From Paragordius varius (lineage: Eukaryota; Animalia; Nematomorpha): a stretch of 64,000 bases of DNA. Shown here piece after piece: positions 52,301 through 64,000 of this stretch (positions within the stretch are counted from its first letter, which is position 1; each line of letters starts with the position of its first letter). A model generated the notes under the pieces. That model ran no database searches. It was given only the letters and a program-made list of their open reading frames with translations, and was not told the DNA's origin. Position numbers and translations under genes: made by a program. Location of the stretch: assembly GCA_964247055.1 (NCBI GenBank), contig OZ176056.1, positions 5,208,001 through 5,272,000 on the forward strand, read 5' to 3'.

Positions 52301-55300
52301 TATTTTAGGGCGAATTTGAATTGGGTGAATTTGAATTAGGACCTGCCTCTAAGTATTCAATTAAGCAATTACGCATATTTAAGATAAATAGGTCGTTGAA
52401 TATTCTTGTATATTTGTATACTTTTTGATAAGAAAACACCCGATTCGGCATGTTAAAATTGAAGAAAATAATTAAAACAAAACATAAAACTGTATTTACG
52501 TTTAATAGATGATAGGATGTGTAGTAATAAATACAAATTTTTTACCAATTTATAATATGAAATTGTAACTTCTCTATTTAGCTCATATTTAACTAAAAAT
52601 ACTTGTGTGCAAAAATTTTTAATGAAATTTCTTTTAGGATAGCTTATAACCAGCAAATTCATTTTCAGCAAATTTTATTTGTTTACCATATATATAGAGA
52701 TGATCCAAACGGCCAAAATAAGGATTAACAATCTTGACTAACTAAAATTGTTCCTTATTACCAGACATTTGCAATTTATAAATAGCGTAAAATCGTGTTT
52801 TTTCTTTAATATACACAAATTTTTATAAAATTATTATAATATTTTTATTTATTTACTAACTAAAATCATTTTTGAAATCTCAATATTCATATTAATAACT
52901 TGCAAATCAAGTTAAATATATTAAATAGTATTTGTTATATTTGTCATCTGGTTTAAGAGTGTATAATAAATTTAATATTGTCTTTTGAAATACATGAGCA
53001 TTAAGTATATTAAAATACAAAAGTTAAAAGTAGAGACGTACTATCCAACAATCCCAACTCCAAGTGACATTGGTTAAAACAAATTGATATTTAGATTTGG
53101 ATTTGTAGGGAATAATTGATATTCCTACTTGTAAATCCTAGTTTGTATTAATTATACTTTGTGATACCCAAAAGATTCCAAAAAGAAACTGTTATATCAC
53201 TTATAAACCAGTTAAAAAAAGTGCAAAAATAATAATCTTTATTAATTTTATATTGATTTATAAATTTTTTTAAATAAAATATTGTGAGATTGTGAATTTA
53301 TTTAGTAAAAAATGATTCCAAAAAAGTTTCATAACAATTGTTTATTTATTAAGAAAGAACACCACGATTTTTTGATCTGAAAAGTCTGATAATATTACAA
53401 TAATTCTTAATATCTCAAGCTTTATCATTATATCTTTAAGTACCATTATTTTTCACTTTTTGTCCAATTTTAATATCAATACTTCAAAAACTAGGTCGTA
53501 AACATAAAATTTTATTCTGGCCACGACTTCGGTGTTAAAATCTTTTAAAAAAAATATTTGTTAAAAAAATTGACCTCTTGAACACAAACTGTAATATTTT
53601 TCCGTTACTAATTTATTTTATAAACTATAAAGTAACCCACTCAAAAAATTATTAAAATAATATGCGGTGTATCGTGACTTTTCGATTTGCAATCCCTAAT
53701 CGGATTATTAAAAATCTGAAGTATTAGTTAACTAATAGAATGTGTTTTTGTCAATATTTACCAAAAAATCTACAGCTTTAATATATCATGTCATTGTAAT
53801 TATTGATAATTATAGTTAAAATCCTTTTTTTCTAAAGTAAATTATCGAAAATCAAAGATCTTGGCCAAAAAATTAATTTAAAAAACTAAATACCAGAGAT
53901 AGTATTCGGTTTTCCACTTTCTTTATATTCCATCCCAGATCCATCATTTGTTACTTCTGGAGATTCAAAAATACATAATATATATTTAATATAAGTAAAT
54001 TATATTGCTAAATCGGTCATAAATGTAGTTTTTATAATATTATTAGAACCCACTATAGCTCTCAATCGGAAAATATATAATAACTTAAAATTATTTTTAT
54101 TAGTCGGCTATTTTTGACGAAAAATTTCATAGCTTTTACAGCAAGCACGGAAATTTTTTTTAGAGATGCAATTATCTTTGATTACATCAAGGCTATAGAA
54201 ATGGTTAGGAGATCGCATGCGGACTATGGACTGCGTTTTTAATATCTCTATGTAGAGCAGTCCCTTAATATTGAACCATATTTTTAAAATAATATAAAAA
54301 TACATTTAAATATCTTTTAGGAAATTAGATTTTTACATTGAAAAAAATTAATAAACCATTGACAAAATATTTAAACCTTTTGTCATTATGTAATATATAA
54401 AATACCAGTTGCAGTACTTTTGTCTCCAAGCTCACCACTGCATTCTGTGCTATGGTCTTCTTGCTCACCACTGGATTCTCTCTTATTTTCTTTTGACACT
54501 AAAGTAATTATTTTTAAATGAAGTCTTAAATCAATATATACCATTTATATTTCAAATTCACCCTCAAACAATTTAAATTTTCCTTTAAGTAATATAATTT
54601 TATTTTCAAACAATTCGAATTCACCAACAACAAATTCACCCTAATAATTAATTATGTTTTTTCTGGCTATTATAATTCATCATTAATATGAATTCTATTT
54701 TTATGGCTTAGTTCATTATTTTATCCGTATTGTGTCAATTAAAAACAAAATTTCATTTTTAAAAAAATAAAAAAATTAGTTGTGTAAACTTTATAATATG
54801 ATTTATTTTAGGGTCAATTTAAATTGGGTGAATTTGAATTAGGACCAGGATTCAATTAAGCAATTACGCATATTTAAGATAAATAGATCGTTGAATATTC
54901 TTGTATATTATGAGGAAACACCCGATTCGCATGTTAAAATTGAAGAAAATAATTAAAAACAAAACATAAAACTGTGTCTTGTTTAGGTTTAAAAGATGAT
55001 AGCATGTGATTGGTAATAAATACAAATTTTTACGAAATAATAATAAATTGTACAAAAACTTCTCTATTTACCTCACATTTAAATAACTAAATACTTGTGT
55101 GCGAAATTTATTACTGAAATTTTTTTAGGATAGCTTATAACCAGCAAATTCATTTTCAACAAATTTTATTTGTTTATTACCTGGTTTTTGAATATATAGA
55201 GATGATCCAAACGGCCAAAATAAGGATTAACAATCTTGACTAACTAAAATTGTTACCTTTTTATCCATTTGCAATTTATAAATAGTGTAAAATCCTGTTT

Positions 55301-58300
55301 TTTCTTTATTATACACAATTTTTTTTTTATAAAATTATTAAAATATTTTTATTTATAAACAAAATTTATTTTTGATTTCAATATTCATGTTAATAACTTG
55401 CAAATCAAGGTAAATTAATTAAATAGTATTTGTTATATTTGTCTGGTTTAAAAGTTGATAATAAATTTACTATTGTCTTTTGAAATACATGAGCATTAAG
55501 TATATTAAAATACAAAAGTTAGAATTAAAGGCGTACTATCCAACACTCCTAACGCCAAGGGACATTGGTTAAAACAAATTATTATTTTGGATTTGTAGGG
55601 GATAATTGATATTCCTACTTGTAAATCCTAGTTTGTATTAATTATACTTTGTGATACCCAAAAGATTCCAAAAAGAAACTGTTATATCACTTATAAACCA
55701 GTTAAAAAAGTGCAAAAATAATAATCTTTATTAATTTTATATTGATTTATAAATTTTTATTAAATAAAATATTGTGAGATTAGAAAAGTGAATTTAGTTA
55801 GTAAAAAATGATTCCAAAAAAGTTTTATAACAATTGTTTTTTTATTAAGAAAGAAAACCACGATTTTTTGATCTGAAAAGTCTGATAATATTATAATAAT
55901 TCTTAATATCTCAAGCTTTATCATTATATCTTTAAGTACCATTAGTTTTCACTTTTTGTCCAATTTTAATATCAATACTTCAAAAACTAGGTCGTAAACA
56001 TAAAATTTTATTCTGGCAACGAAATCTTTAAAAAAAAATATTTAAAAATTGACCTCTTGAACACACACTGTAATATTTTTCCGTTACTAATTTATTTATT
56101 TAAACTATAAAGTAACCCTCTCAAAAAATTATTAAATAATATGCGGTGTATCGCGACTTTTCGATTTGAAATCCCTAATCGGATTCTTAAAAATCTGAAG
56201 TATTAGTTAACTACTAGAATGTGTTTTTGTCAATATTTACCAAAAAATATACAGCTTTAATATATCATGTCATTGTAATTATTGATAATAATAGTTAAAA
56301 TCCTTTTTTTCTAAAGAAAATTGTTGAAAATCAAAGATCTTGGCCAAAAAATTAACTTAAAAAACTAAATACCAGAGATAGTATTCGGTTTTACACTTTC
56401 TTTATATTCCATCCCAGATCCATCATTTGTTACTTCTGGAGATTTTAAAATACATAATATATATTTAATATAAGTAAATTATATTGCTAAATCGGTCATA
56501 AATGTAGTTTTTATAATTTTAATACAACCCACTATATCTCTCAATCGGAAAATATATAATAACTCAAAGTTATTTTTATTAGTCGGCTATTTTTGACGAA
56601 AAATTTCGTATTAGCTTTTGCAGCAAGCACGGAAATTTTTATTAGAGAAGCAATATTCTTTGATTACATCAAGGCTATAGAAATGGTTAGGAGATCGCAT
56701 GCGGATTATGGACTGCGTTTTTAATATCTCTATGTAGAGCATTCCCTTAATATTGAACCATATTTAAAATACATTTATCTTTTAGAAAATTAGATTTTTA
56801 CATTGAAAAAAATTAATAAACCATTGACAAAATATTTGAACCTTTTGTCATTATGTAATATATAAAATACCAGTTGCAGTACTTTTGTCTCCAAGCTCAC
56901 CACTGGATTCTGTGCTATGGTCTTCTGGCTCACCACTGGATTCTCTCTTATTTTCTTTTGACACTAATAATTATTTTTTAATGAAGTCTTATATCAATAT
57001 ACTATTTATAATTCAGATTCACTCTTGAACAATTCAAATTTTCCTTTTAACAATTTAAATTTGTTCTTAAACAATTCACACCAACAACAAATTCACCCTA
57101 AAAATAAATTATGTTTTTTCGGGCTAATATAATTCATGATTAATATGAATTATATATTATTATGGCTTAGTTTCTTTTTTTATCCGTATTATGTCAATTA
57201 CAAACATTATTTCATTTTAAAAAAATAGAAAAAAATCAGGTAATATTTAAACTTTAAAAGATGATGTCTTTTAGGGCGTTAATCGAATTGTTCGAGAGTG
57301 AATTTGAAAGTACAAACTGCCTTTAAATATCCAAATAGGCAATTACACATATTTAAGATAAATAGGTAGTTAAATATTCTTATAAATATATATCATTTCC
57401 ACTTCAAGAGTGTCCTTGAACACTTCAAGTTGGTCCTTGAACATTACAAGTTGGTCCTTGAACAATTCAACTTGGTCCTTCTACATAACAAGTTGGTCCT
57501 TGAACATTTCAAGTTAGTGAACACTTTTGGTCCTTAAAATTTATTAATCTTGATTTAACCATAATTTTTGCATTTATTATTTTATTTTATTATTTATTAA
57601 AATAATTTTCTTAATTTATTATATATTTATTCATTTAAAAATAAAAATTATTAAAAAACCACTTTTTTGTTTCAAACTATTTATTCAATTGAACAAAATT
57701 TTTAATGAAAAATTTTAATTAATAACCTAGAAAACTTTTATATTTTTTTCATTTCAGGTTAAAATCTTATAAATATCCAAAATAATTTTAAGAAATTAAT
57801 AAAGTAATACTGTTTCTCAAAGAATAAAAGTTGATATCTATGTTAAATAATAGAAAATAGGTTAAAAAAATAAATGTATTATTTACGATTTGGTTAAAAT
57901 AAAAACTAAAAACAAAACAAAAAAGTTAAATGACCAACTTGAAATGTTCAAGGACTAACTTGAAATGTTCAAGGACAAACTTGAAGTGTTAAAGTTCACT
58001 CTTGAGGTGCAAATGATATATTTTATTTTTTGATAAGAAAATACCCGATTCATGTTAAAATTGAAGGAGAAAATAATTAAAAACAAAACATAAAACTGTG
58101 TCTTGTTTACGTTAAAAAGTTGATAGGATGTGATTGGTAATAAATACAAATTTTTTACCAAATAATTATATGAAATTGAAACATCTCTATTTAGCTCACA
58201 TTTAAAGAACTAAATACTTGTGTTATAAATTTATAACTGAAATTTCTTTTAGGATAGCTTATAATCAGCAAATTCATATCCCTAAATTTTATATGTTTAC

Positions 58301-61300
58301 CACCTGGTTTTTGAAATATACAGAGATGATCCAAACGGCCAAAACGTGATTAAGGATAATTAAACAAAAATCTTGACAAACTATAATTGTTACCTTTTTA
58401 TCAGATATTTACAATTTATAAATAGCCTAAAATCGTGTTTTTTCTAACTAATTTCATTTTTAGGATGTCTTCATATTATATAACCTGCATATCAAGGTAA
58501 ATTAATCAATTAGCATTTGTTGTATTTATGATCTGGTTTAAGAGTGTAAATAAATATACTTTTGTCTTTTGAAATACATGAGCATTAAGTATATTAAAAT
58601 ACAAAAGTTAGAATTAAAGGCGTATTATCCAACAATCCTAACTTTAATTGACATTGGTTAAAACAAATTATTATTTTGGATTTGTAGGGAATAATTGATA
58701 TTCCTACTTGTAAATCCTAGTTTGTATTAATTATACTTTGTGATACCCGGAAGATTCCAAAAAGAAACTGTTATATCACTTATAAACCAGTTAAAAAAGT
58801 GCAAAAATAATAACCTTTATTAATTTATATTGATTTATAATTTTTTTAAATAAAATATTGTGAGATTAGAAAAGTGAATTTAGTTGGTAAAAAATGATTC
58901 CAAAAAAGTTTCATAACAATTGTTTATTTATTAAGAAAGAAAACCACGATTTTTTGATCTGAAAAGTATGATAATATTATAATAATTCTTAATATCTCAA
59001 GCTTTATCATTATATCTTTAAGTACCATTATTTTTCACTTTTTGTCCAATTTTAATATCAATACTTCAAAAACTAGGTCGTAAACATAAAATTTTATTCT
59101 GGCAACGACTTCGGTGTTAAAATCTTTAAAAAAAATATTTGTTAAAAAAATTGACCTCTTGAACACACACTGTAATATTTTTCCGTTACTAATTTATTTT
59201 ATAAACTATAAAGTAACCCTCTCCAAAAATTATTAAATAATATGCGGTGTATCGCGACTTTTCGATTTGCAATCCCTAATGGGATTCTTAAAAATTAGAA
59301 GTATTAGTTAACTACTAGAATGTGTTTTTGTCAATATTTACAAAAAAATCTACAGCTTCAATATATCATGTCATTGTAATTATTGATAATTATAGTTAAA
59401 ATCCTTTTTTTCTAAAGAAAATTGTTGAAAATCAAAGATCTTGGCCAAAAAATTAATTTAAAAAACTGAATACCAGAGATAGTATTTGGTTTTCCACTTT
59501 CTTTAGATTCCATCCCAGATCCGTCATTTGTTACTTCTGGAGATTTTGAAATACATAATATATAATTAATATAAGTTAAATTATATTGCTAAATCGGTCA
59601 TAAATGTAGTTTTTATAATTTTAATACAACCCACTATATCTCTCAATCGGAAAATATATAATAACTCAAAATTATTTTTTTTAGTCGGCTATTTTTGACG
59701 AAAAATTTCGTATTAGCTTTTACAGCAAGCACGGAAATTTTTATTAAAGAAGCAATATTTTTTGATTACATCAAGGCTATAAATGGTTAGGAGATCGCAT
59801 GCGTATGGACTGCGTTTTTAATATCTCTATGTAGAGCAGTTCCTTAATATTAAACCATATTTTTAAAATATAAAAATACATTTAAATATCTTTTAGAAAA
59901 TTAGCTATTTTTACATAATATATTAATAAACCATTGATAAAATATTTAAACCTTTTGTCATTATGTAATATATATAATACCAGTTGCAGTGCTTTTGTCT
60001 TTAAGCTCACCACTGGATTCTGTGCTATGGTTATCTGCACCACTGGATTCTCTCTTATTTTCTTTTGACACTAAAGCAATTATTTTTGAATGAAGTCTTA
60101 AATAATTCAAATTCACCCTTAAACAATTCAAATTTTCCTTTAAACAATTTAGATTTATTATCAAACAATTTGATTTCACCAACAACAAATTCACCCTAAT
60201 AATTAATTATGTTTTTTCTGGCTAATATAATTCATCATTAATATGAATTATATTTTTATGGCTTAGTTTATTATTTTATCCGTATTATGTCAATTACAAA
60301 CAAAATTTCATTTTTTAAAAATATAAAAAAAATTAGTTAATTTTTAAACTTTAAAAGATGATTTATTTTAGGGCGAATTTGAATTGGGTGAATTTGAATT
60401 AGGACCTGCCTCTAAGTATTCAATTAAGCAATTACGCATATTTAAGATAAATAGGTCGTTAAATATTTTTGTATATTTGTATACTTTTTGATGAGAAAAC
60501 ACCCGATTCGACATGTTAAAATTGAAGAAAATAATTAAAAACAAAACATAAAACTGTGTCTTGTTTACGTTATAAAGATGATAGGATGTGATTGGTAATA
60601 AATACAAATTTTTACCAAATAATAATATGAAATTGTCTAAAAACTTTTCTATTAGCTCACATTTAAATAACTAAATACTTGTGTGCAAAATTTAATGAAA
60701 TTTCTTTTAGGATAGCTTACACTGGACAACAAATTTTTCTGCCACTCGAGTTTTTTGCATTTTCTGATATTTAGTATCATATTAAGAGTAAATCTGAAAT
60801 AAAAATAACTCGTTGGAAGAATTTTTTTATAATTTTATTTTTTTGATTATGCGCCCTCTTTATCAAAATTTTACTAAAAAATATTTTTCTTTGAAAATAT
60901 ACAAGTAATGACCATTTGTAATATATCATACGAAAGAGTAATAAAAACTCTATAAAATGCATACTAATATGTATTATCAGTTAATATTGGACACAAAAAG
61001 CGACAAACGCGCGAAGCGAGAGCATTTTTTTTAATTATTATATTTTTAATAGGATGATAGCTCGAACTTTGTTTAGATAGTGATGAATGTCCAAAAAAGA
61101 TAACACAAGAAAGTTTTGATTAAAACATTTTTTATTGCTTCACTCAAAACAGCCATTTTTAAGTTTTTTGTTTTTTAAAAATTACCCTCTCATCAATATA
61201 AATTTATTTTATTTACGAGGCTGATAATTTCGAAATTTTAAAGATAAAAACAAAGTTTAGGTATTTTTTATCTTTTATAGCCATTATGTAATAAATTTAG

Positions 61301-63420
61301 AGTTATAACTATGCAATCTAGTATCCACTAGGTAAAATATTTATTATAATAATAATTTTTATTAAAAAAGCAAACCAAAAGCTTTTTCAAAACATTTTTT
61401 TTAAATTAAATACTAATATAACCCTAATAATTATATTAAAATAATTAATATGATTTTCAAATTAGTTTGTTTGTGAAAATCTTGATTTATTTAAGGATTG
61501 AAAATTCCGATCATTTAAATCCAAATAACTTTTACATTCGATTGATTTAAATGACTTACTACCATTTAAAAGATGCAGTTTTTTGCGCTCTTTCGAATGA
61601 TATAAAATACATGGCTTCATATCTAACACTTTTAATTTTCGAAATTTTGAGTTTAATGTTAAATCGGGGCCAAAAATTATCGATAAACTCTAATATATAA
61701 AAATTGCATGCTAGACCAATTTTCTTTTCAGATATAATAATTATGTACTTTAATGAAATAAATTTTGAATTTACAAGAATGGCAGTTAAAAAAAGTTAAA
61801 ATTTGTTGTCTAGTGTTATAACCAGCAAATTCATTTTCCGCAAATTTTATTTGTTTACCACCTGGTTTTTAAAAATTTAAACGAAACGTGATTAAGGATA
61901 ATTAAACAATAATCTTGACTAATAAAATTGTTACCTTTTTATAGACATTTACAATTTATAAATAGCGTAAATCGTGTTTTTTCTTTATCATACACAATTT
62001 TTTTTTATAAAATTATTAAAATATTTTATTTATTTACTGACAAAATTCATTTTTGAGATCTCAATATTCATATTATATAACTTGCATAAGGTAAATTAAT
62101 TAAATAGTATTTGTATATTTGACATCTGGTTTAAGAGTGTATAATAAATATACTATTGTCTTTTGAAATACATGATCATCAATTATATTAAAATACAAAA
62201 CAGAAGTAAAGATGTACTATCCAACAATCCTCACTCAAAGTGACAAGTTTGTTTAAAATGATATTTAGATTTGGATATATACGGAATATTAATTGATATC
62301 CAGTACTTGTAAATCCTAGTTTGTATTTATTTTACTTTGTAAATTCTCGCTCATGAAAGATTCCAAAAAGCAACAGTTATATCACTCATAAACCAGATGA
62401 AAAACAGTTAAAAAAATATACAATATTATATTAATCTTATATTGGTTAATATTACCTATCTTTACTGTATAAAATATGTTAAAATTTAAAGAGTGAGTTT
62501 AGCAAGAAAAATGATTCTAATAAAGTTTTATAACAATTGTTTATTTATTAAGTATGTAAAAACACGATTTTTGTAATGTGTTCTCTAATATATATTATAA
62601 TAATTCTTAATATCTCAAGTTTTATCATAAATCTTTAAGTAGCATTATTTTTCACTTTTTGTCCAATTTTAATTTTCTATTAATACTTCAAAAACTAGGT
62701 ATCTGGCAATAAATTTTATTATCTTTTGAAAATATTGGTTAAAATAACCCTCTTTTTTACACACAATGTAATATTTTTTCTTAACTAATTTATTATATAA
62801 ACTCTAAAGTAACCATCTCAAAAATATTATTATATAATATGTGGTGACCATAAATTATTACATATTTCCAGATTGTATATCATAATTTTGTGTTTAAAAT
62901 AAAAATCGCATTTAAAAGATAAAATTTGAAGCTATTTTAAATTATTTAGGTATGGTAATCATGTATCAGATATTACATCAAAATAAATTTAATTCAAAAA
63001 AATGATTAATATTTCATTATCCGAAACTTCTCAAAATTCAAATATAAAGTAGCCTACTAAACATTATGAGTTTAGAGCTGCACCGCTAATGATTCCTACA
63101 AATTTTAACATAATTAATGCGCCGTCAAAATTCAATGTGTAATTTGGCGATATAAAAGTTTCTAAGTATTATTTAATATAGAATGTTTTTTGAATTTAAA
63201 ATATATTAGATAAAAGTAGTGCCTCCACATATCTCTAATGATAAATAGTAAAAACTCTACGCCTAATACACTGTAATTATTGATGATTTTAGTTGCAATC
63301 CTTTTTTTAAAGAAAATTTGTTAAAAGATCATGGCAAATAAATCAATTAAAAAAACTAACCAATGATAGTATTTGATTTTCCACTTTCTCTAGATTCCAT
63401 CCCAGATCCGTTTGTTACTT
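46363..63420 (-). CDS. Partial gene: repeated phase-1 exon pairs encoding an acidic Ser-Gly-rich (proteoglycan/mucin-like) module; 5' end beyond the window, 3' end not located
   Basis: Exon Y (63 nt): 46363-46425, 48884-48946, 51405-51467, 53894-53956, 56373-56435, 59474-59536 and 63361-63420 (60 nt). Exon X (93 nt): 46865-46956 (92 nt), 49391-49483, 51891-52007 (117 nt, alternative donor), 54406-54498, 56871-56963 and 59981-60070 (90 nt). All are flanked by AG/GT on the minus strand, are phase 1-1, and have no stops. They are much more GC-rich than the rest of the unit. Confidence 0.65.
57388..58021. mobile_element. 634-bp TIR element with 20-bp subrepeats (ttcaagttggtccttgaaca), inserted in array unit 5 only
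   Basis: Ends atatatcatttccacttcaagagtg and cactcttgaggtgcaaatgatatat are inverted. There are about 5 20-mers on the left arm and about 3 inverted on the right. The other units show the empty site. Confidence 0.85.
60720..61815. mobile_element. CACTA/EnSpm-like non-autonomous element, 1096 bp
   Basis: 17-bp TIR CACT(G/A)GACAACAAATTT and 3-bp TSD TTA. The other units show the empty site gcttataacc. Confidence 0.8.
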
Positions 63421-64000
63421 CTGAAGATTCTAAAATACATAATATATAATTAATATTCATAAATTAAATTATAAAATCGGTGATTAATGTGGTTTTTATA
63501 ATTTTCATACAACATATGAGATCTCTCAATTGGAAAATATAGAACAACTCAAAATAATTTTTGGTAATCGGCTATTGTTGAGAATATTTTGTATAACCTT
63601 TCAGAACAAGTAAGTAAAGTGTGTGAACAATCAGATTTTTTTTGAAAATAATCCAAATTTGAAAAAAAAATTAATAAATTGGCTACTTTTGTTGAAAAAG
63701 CTTTCATATATATATATATATATGAAGTAAAGTGTAATGATCCATCAGATTGAAATAATAAAAAATATTATAATCAAATTTTATATTTTAATATAATTAA
63801 ACTTTCATCAAAATATAATTATATGAAGTAAAATTTAAAAGTCATTTTTTATATTCAAGCAAACTTTACAATTGATGGTTATAATCAATTTTTTGAAAGA
63901 GAATCTTATGTTATTTGTTTTATAAACGGTGTTTGACATTATTGTCATCTAAGTTTACTGTAAAATTAATTTTTTGGATTTGGACACTACTGCTCTTATT

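Larger units (their letters stand above)
45483..63600. repeat. Tandem array of ~2.5-kb units (6 near-complete plus a diverged 7th)
   Basis: The marker gtactatccaaca occurs at ~45497, 48021, 50541, 53038, 55532, 58621 and 62213. Spacing is ~2.50-2.52 kb, and the two longer gaps are explained largely by insertions at 57388-58021 and 60720-61815. Confidence 0.95.

Noticed and set aside
57400-57530. CRISPR-like regular repeats
   Set aside because: Contiguous 20-mers with no unique spacers, mirrored at the other end of a TIR element, in a eukaryotic context.
51852-60962. Other ORF-track entries in the array (e.g. 52453-52671, 54864-55055, 57955-58161, 60368-60607)
   Set aside because: Low-complexity AT-rich translations not conserved in frame between units; only the X and Y segments are.

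Overview
Very AT-rich eukaryotic genomic DNA, most likely from an invertebrate metazoan, with spliceosomal introns and dense transposon content. (1) 6.4-27.1 kb: a complete 20-exon CstF-77 / suppressor-of-forked gene (CSTF3, + strand, about 726 aa), rebuilt by hand from GT-AG exons. One intron has a U12-type 5' splice site, and intron 5 holds a decayed RTE LINE with a Ty3/gypsy LTR retrotransposon inserted into it. (2) 27.6-45.5 kb: a transposon nest. It contains a PIF/Harbinger relic and a ~1.2-kb palindromic TIR element split by an 8.35-kb hAT-like element, which in turn carries Helitron ends, a Helitron Rep relic, a MITE and a full-length RTE LINE with a 14-bp TSD. (3) 45.5-63.6 kb: a ~2.5-kb tandem array (6 units plus a diverged 7th) that looks like satellite or TE debris. 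Each unit hides a pair of phase-1/phase-1 exons on the minus strand (93 nt and 63 nt). Spliced together they give a repeated 52-aa acidic Ser-Gly-rich module (VSKENKRESSGEPEDHSTESSGELEDKSTATEVTNDGSGMESKESGKPNTIS), a candidate proteoglycan-like gene whose 5' end lies beyond the window. All assignments come from manual reading and recalled family motifs; no searches were run.
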